From NCBI GenBank assembly GCA_965279375.1, contig OZ257156.1, positions 4,384,001 through 4,448,000 on the forward strand: DNA of 64,000 bases. Reading direction: 5' to 3'. This stretch comes from Gemmatimonas sp. GTDB taxonomy: Bacteria; Gemmatimonadota; Gemmatimonadetes; Gemmatimonadales; Gemmatimonadaceae. The notes beneath the pieces were generated by a model that searched no databases, was not told where the DNA came from, and saw only the letters and a program-made list of their open reading frames with translations. Below are positions 29,990 to 38,537 of the stretch, piece by piece (the first letter of the stretch is position 1; the number at the start of each line of letters is the position of its first letter). Made by a program: the position numbers and the translations under genes.

Positions 29990-31270
29990 TCAGCGTTTCG
30001 CCCGGAACAGCCTCGCGTCGGGGTCGGGCGATCCAGCGATGGCGCGCGCAATCACCTCGGCGCCGATGACGCTGTGCGTGATGCCGTTTCCGCCGAATCC
30101 GGCGAGCGCGTAGCAGTGTCGCAGACCGGGTACGCGATCGATGATCGGAAGGCCGGTCGGCGATGCACCGAAGGCTCCCGCCCAGCGATACGCGACCTTC
30201 AGGGCGACGCTCGGAAGCAGTGCCTCCACCTTGCGCGTGACCCGCGCACTCTTGTCGTGGAGCAGCGCGGGGTTCGCGTGCCGCGTCGCGGAGTCTTCGT
30301 CTTCGCCGCCTGCAATGATGCGTCCGTCCGCCGTGGTCCGCAGGTAGAGATACGGGTCCGAAGCCTCCCAAAGCAGCGTGGATCGCAGCCAGGCTGGAAG
30401 TGTCGGCACCGGCTCGGTCGCGATCGCCCACGTCGAGGCGATGCTGTGCCCCGCCAATGGGATGGCTGGCAGCAACTCGTAGCCAGTGCAGCAGACCACG
30501 TGCTTCGCCTGGACAGATAGACCACTGGCAAGTCCCAGCGTGACGGCACGCCGAGTGGCGCTTACCTGCTGCACGTCTGCGTGCGTGTGGATGCGCGCGC
30601 CTCGCGCGACGCAGCGTCGAAGAATCGCCGCCGTGAGCTGCGCCGGATTCGCGCACGCCGACCCACTGCTCCATAGCGCGCCCGTTCGCGTAATGCCGAA
30701 TTGGTCGTGCAGCGTCCGTCCATCCACGAATGTGCCGGGCAGGCCGGCGCGTTCGCGCGCGGCCGTCTCCGTGCGTAGCGCGCGTGCTCCGTACGCATCG
30801 CCCGCCACGTACAAGCTGTTCCGTTCACTCCATCCGCATCGAATGCGCTCTCGGCGCACGAATTTCCGCAGCGTCTCAACCGCCGCCAGGGAGCGGCACC
30901 AAGCGCGTCTCGCGTTCCCCAATCCGATCGTCGCGGCGAGCTTGTGCAGCGGAAGGTCAATCTCGAACTGCAGAAGTGCCGTGCTGGCGAGGGTGCTGCC
31001 CGAGGACGGCTCACGCCGGTCGAGCAGCACCACGCGGTGCCCAGCGGACACCAGGGCGTGCGCAACCAAGGCTCCACTGATCCCTGTGCCGATCACCGCG
31101 ACGTCTGTGCAGACATCTTGCGTAAGCGGTGACGACGGAATGGTGCGCCCGTACGCCGACGCGACCCACAGCGGCGTCCCATTGCGCAGCGAACGACGAC
31201 GCGCCGTGGCAACGGTCGCGCTCGTGCGCGATGACGCGACACTGACGTCTCGCGCATCACGCTTCGGCAC
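29990..31270 (-). CDS. FAD-dependent oxidoreductase (DAO/PuuB-like)
   Basis: VIGTGISG, GSTLASTALLQ, YLRTT, GFGGNGIT. Confidence 0.88.
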   Translation of the reverse strand: MPKRDARDVSVASSRTSATVATARRRSLRNGTPLWVASAYGRTIPSSPLTQDVCTDVAVIGTGISGALVAHALVSAGHRVVLLDRREPSSGSTLASTALLQFEIDLPLHKLAATIGLGNARRAWCRSLAAVETLRKFVRRERIRCGWSERNSLYVAGDAYGARALRTETAARERAGLPGTFVDGRTLHDQFGITRTGALWSSGSACANPAQLTAAILRRCVARGARIHTHADVQQVSATRRAVTLGLASGLSVQAKHVVCCTGYELLPAIPLAGHSIASTWAIATEPVPTLPAWLRSTLLWEASDPYLYLRTTADGRIIAGGEDEDSATRHANPALLHDKSARVTRKVEALLPSVALKVAYRWAGAFGASPTGLPIIDRVPGLRHCYALAGFGGNGITHSVIGAEVIARAIAGSPDPDARLFRAKR

Positions 31271-31282
31271 GAGCGCGCCCGA

Positions 31283-31411
31283 TCAGCGGAAAATGTCGAA
31301 ATGCCCCAGCAGCCACCACAGCGCGACGAACACCAGCACCGTAGTGAAGCACCCGCCGCCCAGCTTGCTCGCGCCCCATCCCGCGGCAGCGCCGCGCAAC
31401 AGCTTACTCAT
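31283..31411 (-). CDS. 42-aa small membrane protein (below the ORF-track cutoff)
   Basis: MSKLLRGAAAGWGASKLGGGCFTTVLVFVALWWLLGHFDIFR; purine-rich AGGTAGG upstream; fills the gap 12 nt before the next gene. Confidence 0.7.
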   Translation of the reverse strand: MSKLLRGAAAGWGASKLGGGCFTTVLVFVALWWLLGHFDIFR

Positions 31412-31479
31412 GATCGCCTACCTACGTTGAGATTTACCGTGAACACCATGAATTCCAACTCGAGCTCCAATCCTGCGGA

Positions 31480-32001
31480 TCAGAACTGAACCGTCTTGTT
31501 GTCGCTGCTCTTGTCGCTCTGGTCGCCGGTGACCGCGGCCTTCACCATCGAGATGAGCGACGCCACCTTACCGCCAGGCGTATCCCAATACTCCGCCTCG
31601 TCCACCGTAATTCTGATCAGTCGGATGGTCGGATCCTCCGCGCTCTCGAACCATGCGCGCAAGAACGGATTCCAGAATTCGCGAATGCGCTCCCGATCAT
31701 TCAGGACTTCTGCGTTGCCGCTGATGGACAGATAGGACTCGGCGCTTGATGATGCATACGCGACGTTGACGCGCGGATTGGCCGAGATCTCGGTGAGCTT
31801 CGCCGTGTTCTCGGACGTCATGAACCAGAGCGTGCCATCGAACGGCGCCTGCTGCGTCGCCATCGGGCGGCTGTGCGGACGTCCCTGCGAATCGATCGTG
31901 ACGAGCATCGCCATACGCATATCCTTCACGAGCTCCGCGACTTTCGCGACGCCCTCCGTGTCCGTATGTGTGGGCGGTTCGTTGTGTGCGTTCGTAGTCA
32001 T
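31480..32001 (-). CDS. General stress protein, pyridoxamine 5'-phosphate oxidase-like (YdaG/GSP26 type)
   Basis: HSRPMA, LWFMT, AEYWD. Confidence 0.88.
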   Translation of the reverse strand: MTTNAHNEPPTHTDTEGVAKVAELVKDMRMAMLVTIDSQGRPHSRPMATQQAPFDGTLWFMTSENTAKLTEISANPRVNVAYASSSAESYLSISGNAEVLNDRERIREFWNPFLRAWFESAEDPTIRLIRITVDEAEYWDTPGGKVASLISMVKAAVTGDQSDKSSDNKTVQF

Positions 32002-32023
32002 GTTCAACTAGGCAAGGGGTGTA

Positions 32024-32053
32024 CCGACGCGCACGTTGCTTCGTGCACGTCGG
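32024..32053. other. Intergenic hairpin
   Basis: CCGACGCGCACG-ttgctt-CGTGCACGTCGG near-perfect inverted repeat. Confidence 0.5.
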
Positions 32054-32086
32054 GCTTGTGTTCAGATCGGTCAGAATGCAGCGTGA

Positions 32087-32608
32087 TTACGCAACCACGG
32101 ACGACGTCGACTCTTTCGAGGAGGACGGCGCAGTGCCGTGCACATGCGCGACGAACAGCGTGGACAGATAGCGATTGAACTCGCGTTGCATCTCATCATG
32201 CTCGCGCTCGCCCGTACGACCCAACTCGGCCAACGTCGCGTCGCCGAGCTGTTCGCCAGCGATCGCGAAGACGGCGAACGTGTCCTGCGACTGGCGAATC
32301 ATCACCACGTCGCCGACGGCTCGCAGGAAGTCGCTTTCACGAAAGGCGTCGACCGCATCACGCGCCTTTGCCAGCACCGCACCGATCGCATTCTTGACCG
32401 CGCCGCCGCCGCGCGTGCCGATGGAGTCGCCGTACGACTCGATCATCGTCTGATGACGTTCCAGCGCCGGGATGAAGCGCACACACAACTCGCGAAAGGC
32501 CGGATCATCCGCCTGTTCGGCATGGGTGCGTAACGCGTCGAGCAGGGCGTGGTGCTGCATCACGCAATTGTTGATCTGCGCGCGCAGAAATTCGTGTCCA
32601 GTTTCCAT
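32087..32608 (-). CDS. Hypothetical ferritin-like four-helix-bundle protein
   Basis: GGAG RBS; helical with ExH motifs (ERHQ, EREHDEM); adjacent to a DUF892 gene. Confidence 0.6.
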   Translation of the reverse strand: METGHEFLRAQINNCVMQHHALLDALRTHAEQADDPAFRELCVRFIPALERHQTMIESYGDSIGTRGGGAVKNAIGAVLAKARDAVDAFRESDFLRAVGDVVMIRQSQDTFAVFAIAGEQLGDATLAELGRTGEREHDEMQREFNRYLSTLFVAHVHGTAPSSSKESTSSVVA

Positions 32609-32704
32609 TTGCTGACTCCGTTGAGGAAGAGACGACACGGATACGCAGATCGCGTGCCGATCTCTCCTCAACGGTGACTTACGCCACGACCAATCAGCGC
32701 CCTG

Positions 32705-33283
32705 TTACGAGGCCTTCGAAGACTTCTTGGCCGGTCGCTTCTTCGCCGCGGGCGTTCCCGTTGCATCGGGTTCCATCTCGTGATCGTCCGACGCCTCGCC
32801 CATCGCGTCGAGGTTCACTGACTGTGCGATCTCGGTCAGCTTGAGATCGGTCGCCTGCTCCTCGTCGAGCGTCTGCTGCAACAACGCAGCGTGCTCTTCG
32901 TAGCCGAGCAGATGCGCGTACGTACGAACGGTGCCGTAGCCAGCCATTTCGTAGTGCTCCACGTGCTGTGCGCTCGAGATGAGGCCGGCGTCCATCACGT
33001 CCGCGTCGGCGTCTTCACCGAGCAGTTCGGCGCCTTCCGCGACGAGCCCTTCCATGCCCTTGCAGTGCTTGCCCTTTGGGCTGACTTCGAGTTCAGCGCA
33101 GATGCGCTCCAGTCGCGCCGCATGCTCCTTGGTCTGCTCGAGATGCTCCTCGAACGCCGCCTTCACGGCGGGATTGGTCGCGCCTTTGTGCAACTTCGGC
33201 AGCGCCTTGATGATCTGATTTTCTGCACTGTAGAGGTCCTTCAACCCTTCAACGTACAGCGCGTGCAACGTGTCGAGTTCCAT
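32705..33283 (-). CDS. yciF: YciF/DUF892 ferritin-like stress protein with a basic C-terminal tail
   Basis: LKDLYSAENQ, HLEQTKEH, VEHYEMAGYG, TLDEE; AGGAG RBS. Confidence 0.9.
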   Translation of the reverse strand: MELDTLHALYVEGLKDLYSAENQIIKALPKLHKGATNPAVKAAFEEHLEQTKEHAARLERICAELEVSPKGKHCKGMEGLVAEGAELLGEDADADVMDAGLISSAQHVEHYEMAGYGTVRTYAHLLGYEEHAALLQQTLDEEQATDLKLTEIAQSVNLDAMGEASDDHEMEPDATGTPAAKKRPAKKSSKAS

Positions 33284-33532
33284 GATGCGTCTCCTGGCGT
33301 CTTGCGATAGACCGCGACGATTCCGCGGCGTGCGTAGCGTGACGGACGAGTGTCCATGCTGCGCGGCGAGTCGTACAGGAGCGATGCTGTCAACATTTAT
33401 GCCGCCCGGGCGCGCACGGCGAAGCGTTCGGTGACGCACGCCCGAGTCGCGCGTACCGCCTGTCGTGCCGCCTTTGGGCGCGTGGGATTGCATCGAGACA
33501 GGCGCGGGCGGGGCAATTGTATGGGGCGCAAT

Positions 33533-33567
33533 AAAACAGCGGCCGCACCCGATTGGGATGCGGCCGC
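33533..33567 (-). terminator. Rho-independent terminator after tRNA-Ile
   Basis: GCGGCCGCA.CCC/GGGTGCGGCCGC stem followed by TGTTTT on the minus strand. Confidence 0.8.
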
Positions 33568-33578
33568 CGCTAATACAG

Positions 33579-33652
<74 letters not shown>

Positions 33653-33727
33653 GTGGGGAGCGGCTGAGCCGTTCCACCAGAGCCGAGTAATTAAACCCCG
33701 AGGCCGCTGAGCGTCAACGGCCTTGGC

Positions 33728-34057
33728 TCACTCGTCGTCGTAATCGTCGTCGCTGGCATCCAGATCGTCATCAGCGTCCGGATCATCGTCGAGGTCATCG
33801 ATGTCGAGGTCGTCTTCATCCTCGTCCTCGTCATCGTCGTCCTCGTCGTCGTCCTCATCATCGTCGTCGTCGAGATCGTCGTCGAAATCGAGATCGTCCT
33901 CGTCGTCGAGGTTCTCGTCGTCGAGAGCCTCATCATCGAAATCGTCTTCACCAGCAAGGGCGAGCACCGCGGAGGCGGACCCAAACGACGAGACGGCCGG
34001 CGACAGCGACATCTCTTCGAGCGCGTCCAGCGACGACGACCCGAACAGCTCCAACAT
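33728..34057 (-). CDS. Extremely acidic Asp/Glu-rich low-complexity protein
   Basis: AGGAG RBS; 56 of the last 73 residues are D/E (hand count); no K, R or H. Confidence 0.7.
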   Translation of the reverse strand: MLELFGSSSLDALEEMSLSPAVSSFGSASAVLALAGEDDFDDEALDDENLDDEDDLDFDDDLDDDDDEDDDEDDDDEDEDEDDLDIDDLDDDPDADDDLDASDDDYDDE

Positions 34058-34083
34058 GGGACGAATCTCCTGCGAGATGGTGT

Positions 34084-34111
34084 AAAAAAAGAGCGGGCAT
34101 GGTCACCCACT
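34084..34111 (-). terminator. Terminator-like hairpin plus U7 upstream of the acidic-protein gene
   Basis: AGTGGGT-gaccat-GCCCGCT (with G-U pairs) then CTTTTTTT. Confidence 0.55.
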
Positions 34112-34127
34112 GGTTGGCTTCAGGACG

Positions 34128-34157
34128 AACGTACTTCGAACAGGCAATACGGTGCAA
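34128..34157 (-). promoter_or_regulatory. Candidate sigma70 promoter for the acidic protein / tRNA-Ile unit
   Basis: TTGCAC-N18-TACGTT. Confidence 0.4.
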
Positions 34158-34261
34158 TCGGGGCCAGCGTTGGCGGACCTACGACAGCCGCGTTTCGGGA
34201 GTATCGACCGGTGAGGCCGCGCGCGCAACTGCTCACACGGCCTCCGGTACCGAATCCTTGC

Positions 34262-36097
34262 CTAGTCGCGGTCGCGCTCGCGCTTGGCTTCGCGATTGGT
34301 GCGCTTGCGGTCGCTGGTGGCCAGCAGGCGCTTGCGCAACCGGATGTTCTGCGGCGTGATCTCGATCAGCTCATCGTCCTCGATGTACTCGAGGGCGACT
34401 TCCAGCGTAATCTCGCGCGGCGGCTCGAGCGTGATCATTTCATCAGCGCTCTTGCTGCGCATGTTCGTGAGCTTCTTTTCCTTCGTCGGATTCACGTCCA
34501 TGTCGCCCGGGCGCGAGTTCTCGCCCACGAGCATGCCCTCATACACAGCGTCGCCCGGCGTGACGAACAGCGTGGAGCGCTCCTGCAGGCTGAACAGCGC
34601 GAAGGCGATGATCGTCCCCGACTCCATCGAGACCAGCACGCCACGCGAGCGTCCGGACAGACTGCCCGCCCACGCCCCGTACTCGAGGAAACGGTGGTGC
34701 ATGATACCGGTGCCGCGCGTGTCCGTCATGAACTCGCTGCGATAGCCGAACAGGCCGCGCGCCGGCACGCGATAGAGCAAGCGCACCAACCCCTGGCCCG
34801 GGTTCTTCATCTCCACCATCTCGGCCTTGCGAGGTCCCAGCTTTTCGATGACCGCGCCGAGGTAGTCCTCGGGCACGTCGATCGCCAGCTCCTCGTACGG
34901 CTCGAGACGTTCACCCTCTTCGTTGCGCTTGGTGATGACGCGCGGACGCGAGACCTGAAATTCGAAGCCTTCGCGACGCATCGTCTCCATGAGAATCGAC
35001 AGATGCAACTCGCCGCGACCGGACACGCTCCATGAGTCCGTCGTCTCGCCGTCCGACACCTTGAGCGCGACGTTGCGCTCGAGCTCCTTGTACAGCCGCT
35101 CACGCAGCTGACGCGAGGTGACGAACTTGCCTTCCTTACCCGCGAACGGGGAATTGTTCACGAGGAAGTCCACGCTGATCGTCGGCTCTTCCACGCTGAT
35201 ACCCGGCAACGCGTCCTGATTCTCGGGGTCGGTCAGCGTTGCGCCGATTTCTACGTCTTCGAAGCCAGCGAGCAGCACGATTTCTCCGGCCGTCGCTTCC
35301 TGCACCTCGACGCGCTCCAACCCTTCGATTGCGTACAGCTTGGAGACGCGACCGCGCTCCGGCGCCTTCTCGCTGTTGAAGGGCACGTGCGCGATGGAGT
35401 CGCCCTGACGTACGGTACCGCGGCTGATGCAACCGATCGCGAGGCGACCGAGATAGTTGGAGTAGTCGATCGTGGAGACGAGCATCTGGAACGGACCATT
35501 CTCTTCCGCCGGCGGCGGCGGGACGGTCTTGATGATCGTTTCGTACAGCGGCTGGAGGTCAACGGCCGGTACATCCATGTCCATCGTGGACGTGCCTTCC
35601 TTGGCGCTCGCGTACACCACCGGCGCGTTCAGCTGCTCTTCGGTGGCCTCGAGCTCGATGAAGAGCGAGAGCACCTCGTCATGCACGCGCAGCGGATCGG
35701 CGCCGGGGCGATCGATCTTGTTGATGACGATGATCGGCGTGCGTCCGAGCGCGAGCGCCTTGCGCAGCACGAAGCGCGTCTGCGGCATCGGTCCGTCGAA
35801 CGCGTCGACGACGAGCAACACGCCATCCACCATGCGCAGGATACGCTCGACCTCACCACCGAAGTCCGCGTGTCCCGGCGTGTCGATGATGTTGATCTTC
35901 GCGTCCTTCCAGCGAATGGACGTGTTCTTCGCGAGGATCGTGATCCCGCGCTCTTTTTCGAGCGGGTTCGAATCCATGACGCGTTCTTCGACGACTTGAT
36001 TGTCGCGGAAGGCGCCGGCCTGGCGCAGCATTTTGTCGACGAGGGTCGTTTTCCCGTGGTCGACGTGGGCGATGATGGCGATGTTCCGAATCTGCAT
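34262..36097 (-). CDS. typA: Translational GTPase TypA/BipA
   Basis: [45 protein letters not shown]. Confidence 0.98.
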   Translation of the reverse strand: MQIRNIAIIAHVDHGKTTLVDKMLRQAGAFRDNQVVEERVMDSNPLEKERGITILAKNTSIRWKDAKINIIDTPGHADFGGEVERILRMVDGVLLVVDAFDGPMPQTRFVLRKALALGRTPIIVINKIDRPGADPLRVHDEVLSLFIELEATEEQLNAPVVYASAKEGTSTMDMDVPAVDLQPLYETIIKTVPPPPAEENGPFQMLVSTIDYSNYLGRLAIGCISRGTVRQGDSIAHVPFNSEKAPERGRVSKLYAIEGLERVEVQEATAGEIVLLAGFEDVEIGATLTDPENQDALPGISVEEPTISVDFLVNNSPFAGKEGKFVTSRQLRERLYKELERNVALKVSDGETTDSWSVSGRGELHLSILMETMRREGFEFQVSRPRVITKRNEEGERLEPYEELAIDVPEDYLGAVIEKLGPRKAEMVEMKNPGQGLVRLLYRVPARGLFGYRSEFMTDTRGTGIMHHRFLEYGAWAGSLSGRSRGVLVSMESGTIIAFALFSLQERSTLFVTPGDAVYEGMLVGENSRPGDMDVNPTKEKKLTNMRSKSADEMITLEPPREITLEVALEYIEDDELIEITPQNIRLRKRLLATSDRKRTNREAKRERDRD

Positions 36098-36112
36098 AGC
36101 CTAAAAAGATAA

Positions 36113-37030
36113 CTAGGGCGACAACCTCGCCAACTGCACCGCCAGCTGCATTGCAGAAATGAGACTTTCGGCCGACGCGATCCCCTGCCCCGCGATGTCG
36201 AGTGCGGTTCCGTGATCGGGCGACGTTCGGGGGAATGGCAGCCCCAGCGTGACGTTCACTGCCGAGCCGAACGATGCCACCTTGATCGCCGTCATCCCCA
36301 CATCGTGATAGGGGGCGATGACTGCGTCGAACTCGCCGCGCATCGCGCGCACGAACACGGTGTCCGCAGGAAACGGCCCGGCGATCCCGGCCGCACGCGC
36401 CGCCGGCGCCAAGAGGCGGTCATCCTCGTCACCAAAGCGACCGCCATCGCCTGCGTGCGGATTCATCGCGCAGAGGGCGATGCGGGGATCAGCGATGCCA
36501 AAACCTTCTTGCAACCCACGCCGCGTCGTGCGCGCTGCCTGCAGGATTGTCTCTTCGGTGAGCGCCTCAGGCACGTCCCTTAGTGGCAAGTGCGTAGTGG
36601 CCAGCACCACGCGCAGCCGGTCCGAGGCCAACATCATCGTGGTTGGGACGCCGGCAATCGCGGCCAGCATCTCGGTATGCCCCGGATAGTCGAAGCCGCC
36701 GGCGTACAGCGCGGACTTGTCGAGCGGCGCGGTCACCACGGCAGCGACGTCTCCACTCAGTGCGAGTCGCGCGGCGCGCTCGACCGCCAAGCCAGCCAGA
36801 CGCCCGCCCTGCGCCGCATCGGCCGTGGCGTCGCCCGTGGGCTGCCACGTCCCTATTACGTCGTCTGCGGGCACCTCGGTGCCACTCGGGCCCACCACCA
36901 GCCACGAGACGGGCAACGCCAGCACTCGCGCATCGGCCAGCGCCTTGCGTACGATCTCCGGCCCAATCCCGCGCGGATCACCGAGGGTGACGGCGATGCG
37001 CGCCAAACCGCGCTCAGACTGGGCCGACAT
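36113..37030 (-). CDS. pdxA: 4-hydroxythreonine-4-phosphate dehydrogenase
   Basis: GDPRGIGPE, GHTE, NPHAG, YHD, RTSPDHGTA. Confidence 0.95.
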   Translation of the reverse strand: MSAQSERGLARIAVTLGDPRGIGPEIVRKALADARVLALPVSWLVVGPSGTEVPADDVIGTWQPTGDATADAAQGGRLAGLAVERAARLALSGDVAAVVTAPLDKSALYAGGFDYPGHTEMLAAIAGVPTTMMLASDRLRVVLATTHLPLRDVPEALTEETILQAARTTRRGLQEGFGIADPRIALCAMNPHAGDGGRFGDEDDRLLAPAARAAGIAGPFPADTVFVRAMRGEFDAVIAPYHDVGMTAIKVASFGSAVNVTLGLPFPRTSPDHGTALDIAGQGIASAESLISAMQLAVQLARLSP

Positions 37031-37035
37031 GCCGG

Positions 37036-38457
37036 TCAGGGCACCGGCGCGATCTGCTTGGCCGGGTCGTACTTGATGGCGACGTAGCTCTGCTTCTTCA
37101 GCGAATCGATCAGGCGGCGCATGCTGCGCTCTTCCGAGAGCTGCGAACGAATCCGATCGCGCATTTCGGAAAGCGTGTACTCACCGGCCTCGTCGAGGAA
37201 GGTCACCTGAGCAATGACGAACTTGTCGCGTCCGGCCGACTGGTCGGCGATCGGAAACGCATCGAGAATGTCGCCGACCTTCTTCCCTTCGATCGCGTTG
37301 CGATACGCCTCGGGGAGCTCGCTGCGCGGAAACTCGGGGATCGTCTTCTCTTCGCCGCCGGCGATGTCATGAAACTTGACCGACAACGAATCGAACGAGC
37401 CGCCCTTTCGCCACGCCAGCACGACCGAGTCCGCGAGCGCGCGGGCACGCGCCTCGTCGGCAGAATCGAGCGTCGGGCGAATGAGAATGTGCCGCGCCTT
37501 TACTTCGGCGGGCTGCACGCGGTCCACGCGAATGATGTGATAACCGAACGCCGTCTCGATGACCGGGCTGATGACGCCCGGATTGAGCGCGAACATCATC
37601 CGATCGAACTCGGGCACCATCTTGCCGCGCCGATTCCAGCCGAGGTCACCGCCAAGCTCCTTCGAGCTCGGGTCCATCGACTCCTTCTTGGCCGTCGTTT
37701 CGAAATCGTTGGGATGCAGCTCGAGGTCCGCCGCGATCGAATCGATCTTGGCACGCGCGCGCCCCTTGGAGGCATCCGACGGACGCGTGGCGATGACGAT
37801 CTGCCGTAAGCCGACACGCGCTTCCTTGCGCGGCAGCTTGTCGCGGTTGGAGGTGTACGCCTCGTTCACCTCGGCCTCGCTCACATTGACGGCGGACATC
37901 TTGCCGTCACGCTTGAGCTTGGAGAGCACGTCTCGCTGCATGTTGTCGCGCTTGAGCAGGTCGCCCTGCAGCTTGCGCCAATCTTCGAGCGTGCCGAAGC
38001 CCGCTTCCTTGAGCGCCGTGCGGAACTCGGCCTCGGTCTTGAACTGCCCGCGAATTTTCTTCTCGTTGTCGTCGAGCTGACGCTGGAGATCGGCGTCGTT
38101 GACCTCGACCTTTTCCGCCTTGGCCTTCTGCACGAGCAGCTCGGACTCGACGAGGCTTTCCATCGACGCGTTCTCGAGCTCGATCTGTTCGGCGGCGGAG
38201 GTCACCTTGGCCCCTTGGGCACGTCGACGATTCACTTCCGCCAGCACTTCCGAGACGAGGATGACCTGATCACCAACGATCGCCGCCACGCCGTCCACAG
38301 GTAGGCCCTTGAGCGAATCGGCAGCCGCGGCCTTCGCGGTCGACTTGTCAGCCGCAGGCTTGGCAGTGGCAGGCGTTTGCGCGGAGAGCATCGACCACGC
38401 CGGCAGCAGCGCCAGCGTAGCGGAGACGACGATCGAACGAGAGCGGGTACGCAACAT
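37036..38457 (-). CDS. surA: SurA-like periplasmic chaperone / parvulin PPIase
   Basis: VAAIVGDQVIL SurA N-terminus; GGDLGW, GYHII; adjacent to pdxA. Confidence 0.88.
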   Translation of the reverse strand: MLRTRSRSIVVSATLALLPAWSMLSAQTPATAKPAADKSTAKAAAADSLKGLPVDGVAAIVGDQVILVSEVLAEVNRRRAQGAKVTSAAEQIELENASMESLVESELLVQKAKAEKVEVNDADLQRQLDDNEKKIRGQFKTEAEFRTALKEAGFGTLEDWRKLQGDLLKRDNMQRDVLSKLKRDGKMSAVNVSEAEVNEAYTSNRDKLPRKEARVGLRQIVIATRPSDASKGRARAKIDSIAADLELHPNDFETTAKKESMDPSSKELGGDLGWNRRGKMVPEFDRMMFALNPGVISPVIETAFGYHIIRVDRVQPAEVKARHILIRPTLDSADEARARALADSVVLAWRKGGSFDSLSVKFHDIAGGEEKTIPEFPRSELPEAYRNAIEGKKVGDILDAFPIADQSAGRDKFVIAQVTFLDEAGEYTLSEMRDRIRSQLSEERSMRRLIDSLKKQSYVAIKYDPAKQIAPVP

Positions 38458-38537
38458 GGCAGGGGTCGGGCCGGAAACGGGAAGCGGAGGACTGCCCGAT
38501 GGCAGCCCCCCGCAGATACCGCGAACGAACAGGAAAG

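Noticed and set aside
33728..33950. (TCG/TCA)n repeats as a CRISPR array or microsatellite
   Set aside because: No repeat-spacer structure and no cas genes; explained by Asp/Glu codons
33801..34085. Poly-serine ORF on the plus strand
   Set aside because: It is the reverse complement of the GAC/GAT/GAG codons of the acidic protein; the RBS supports the minus strand
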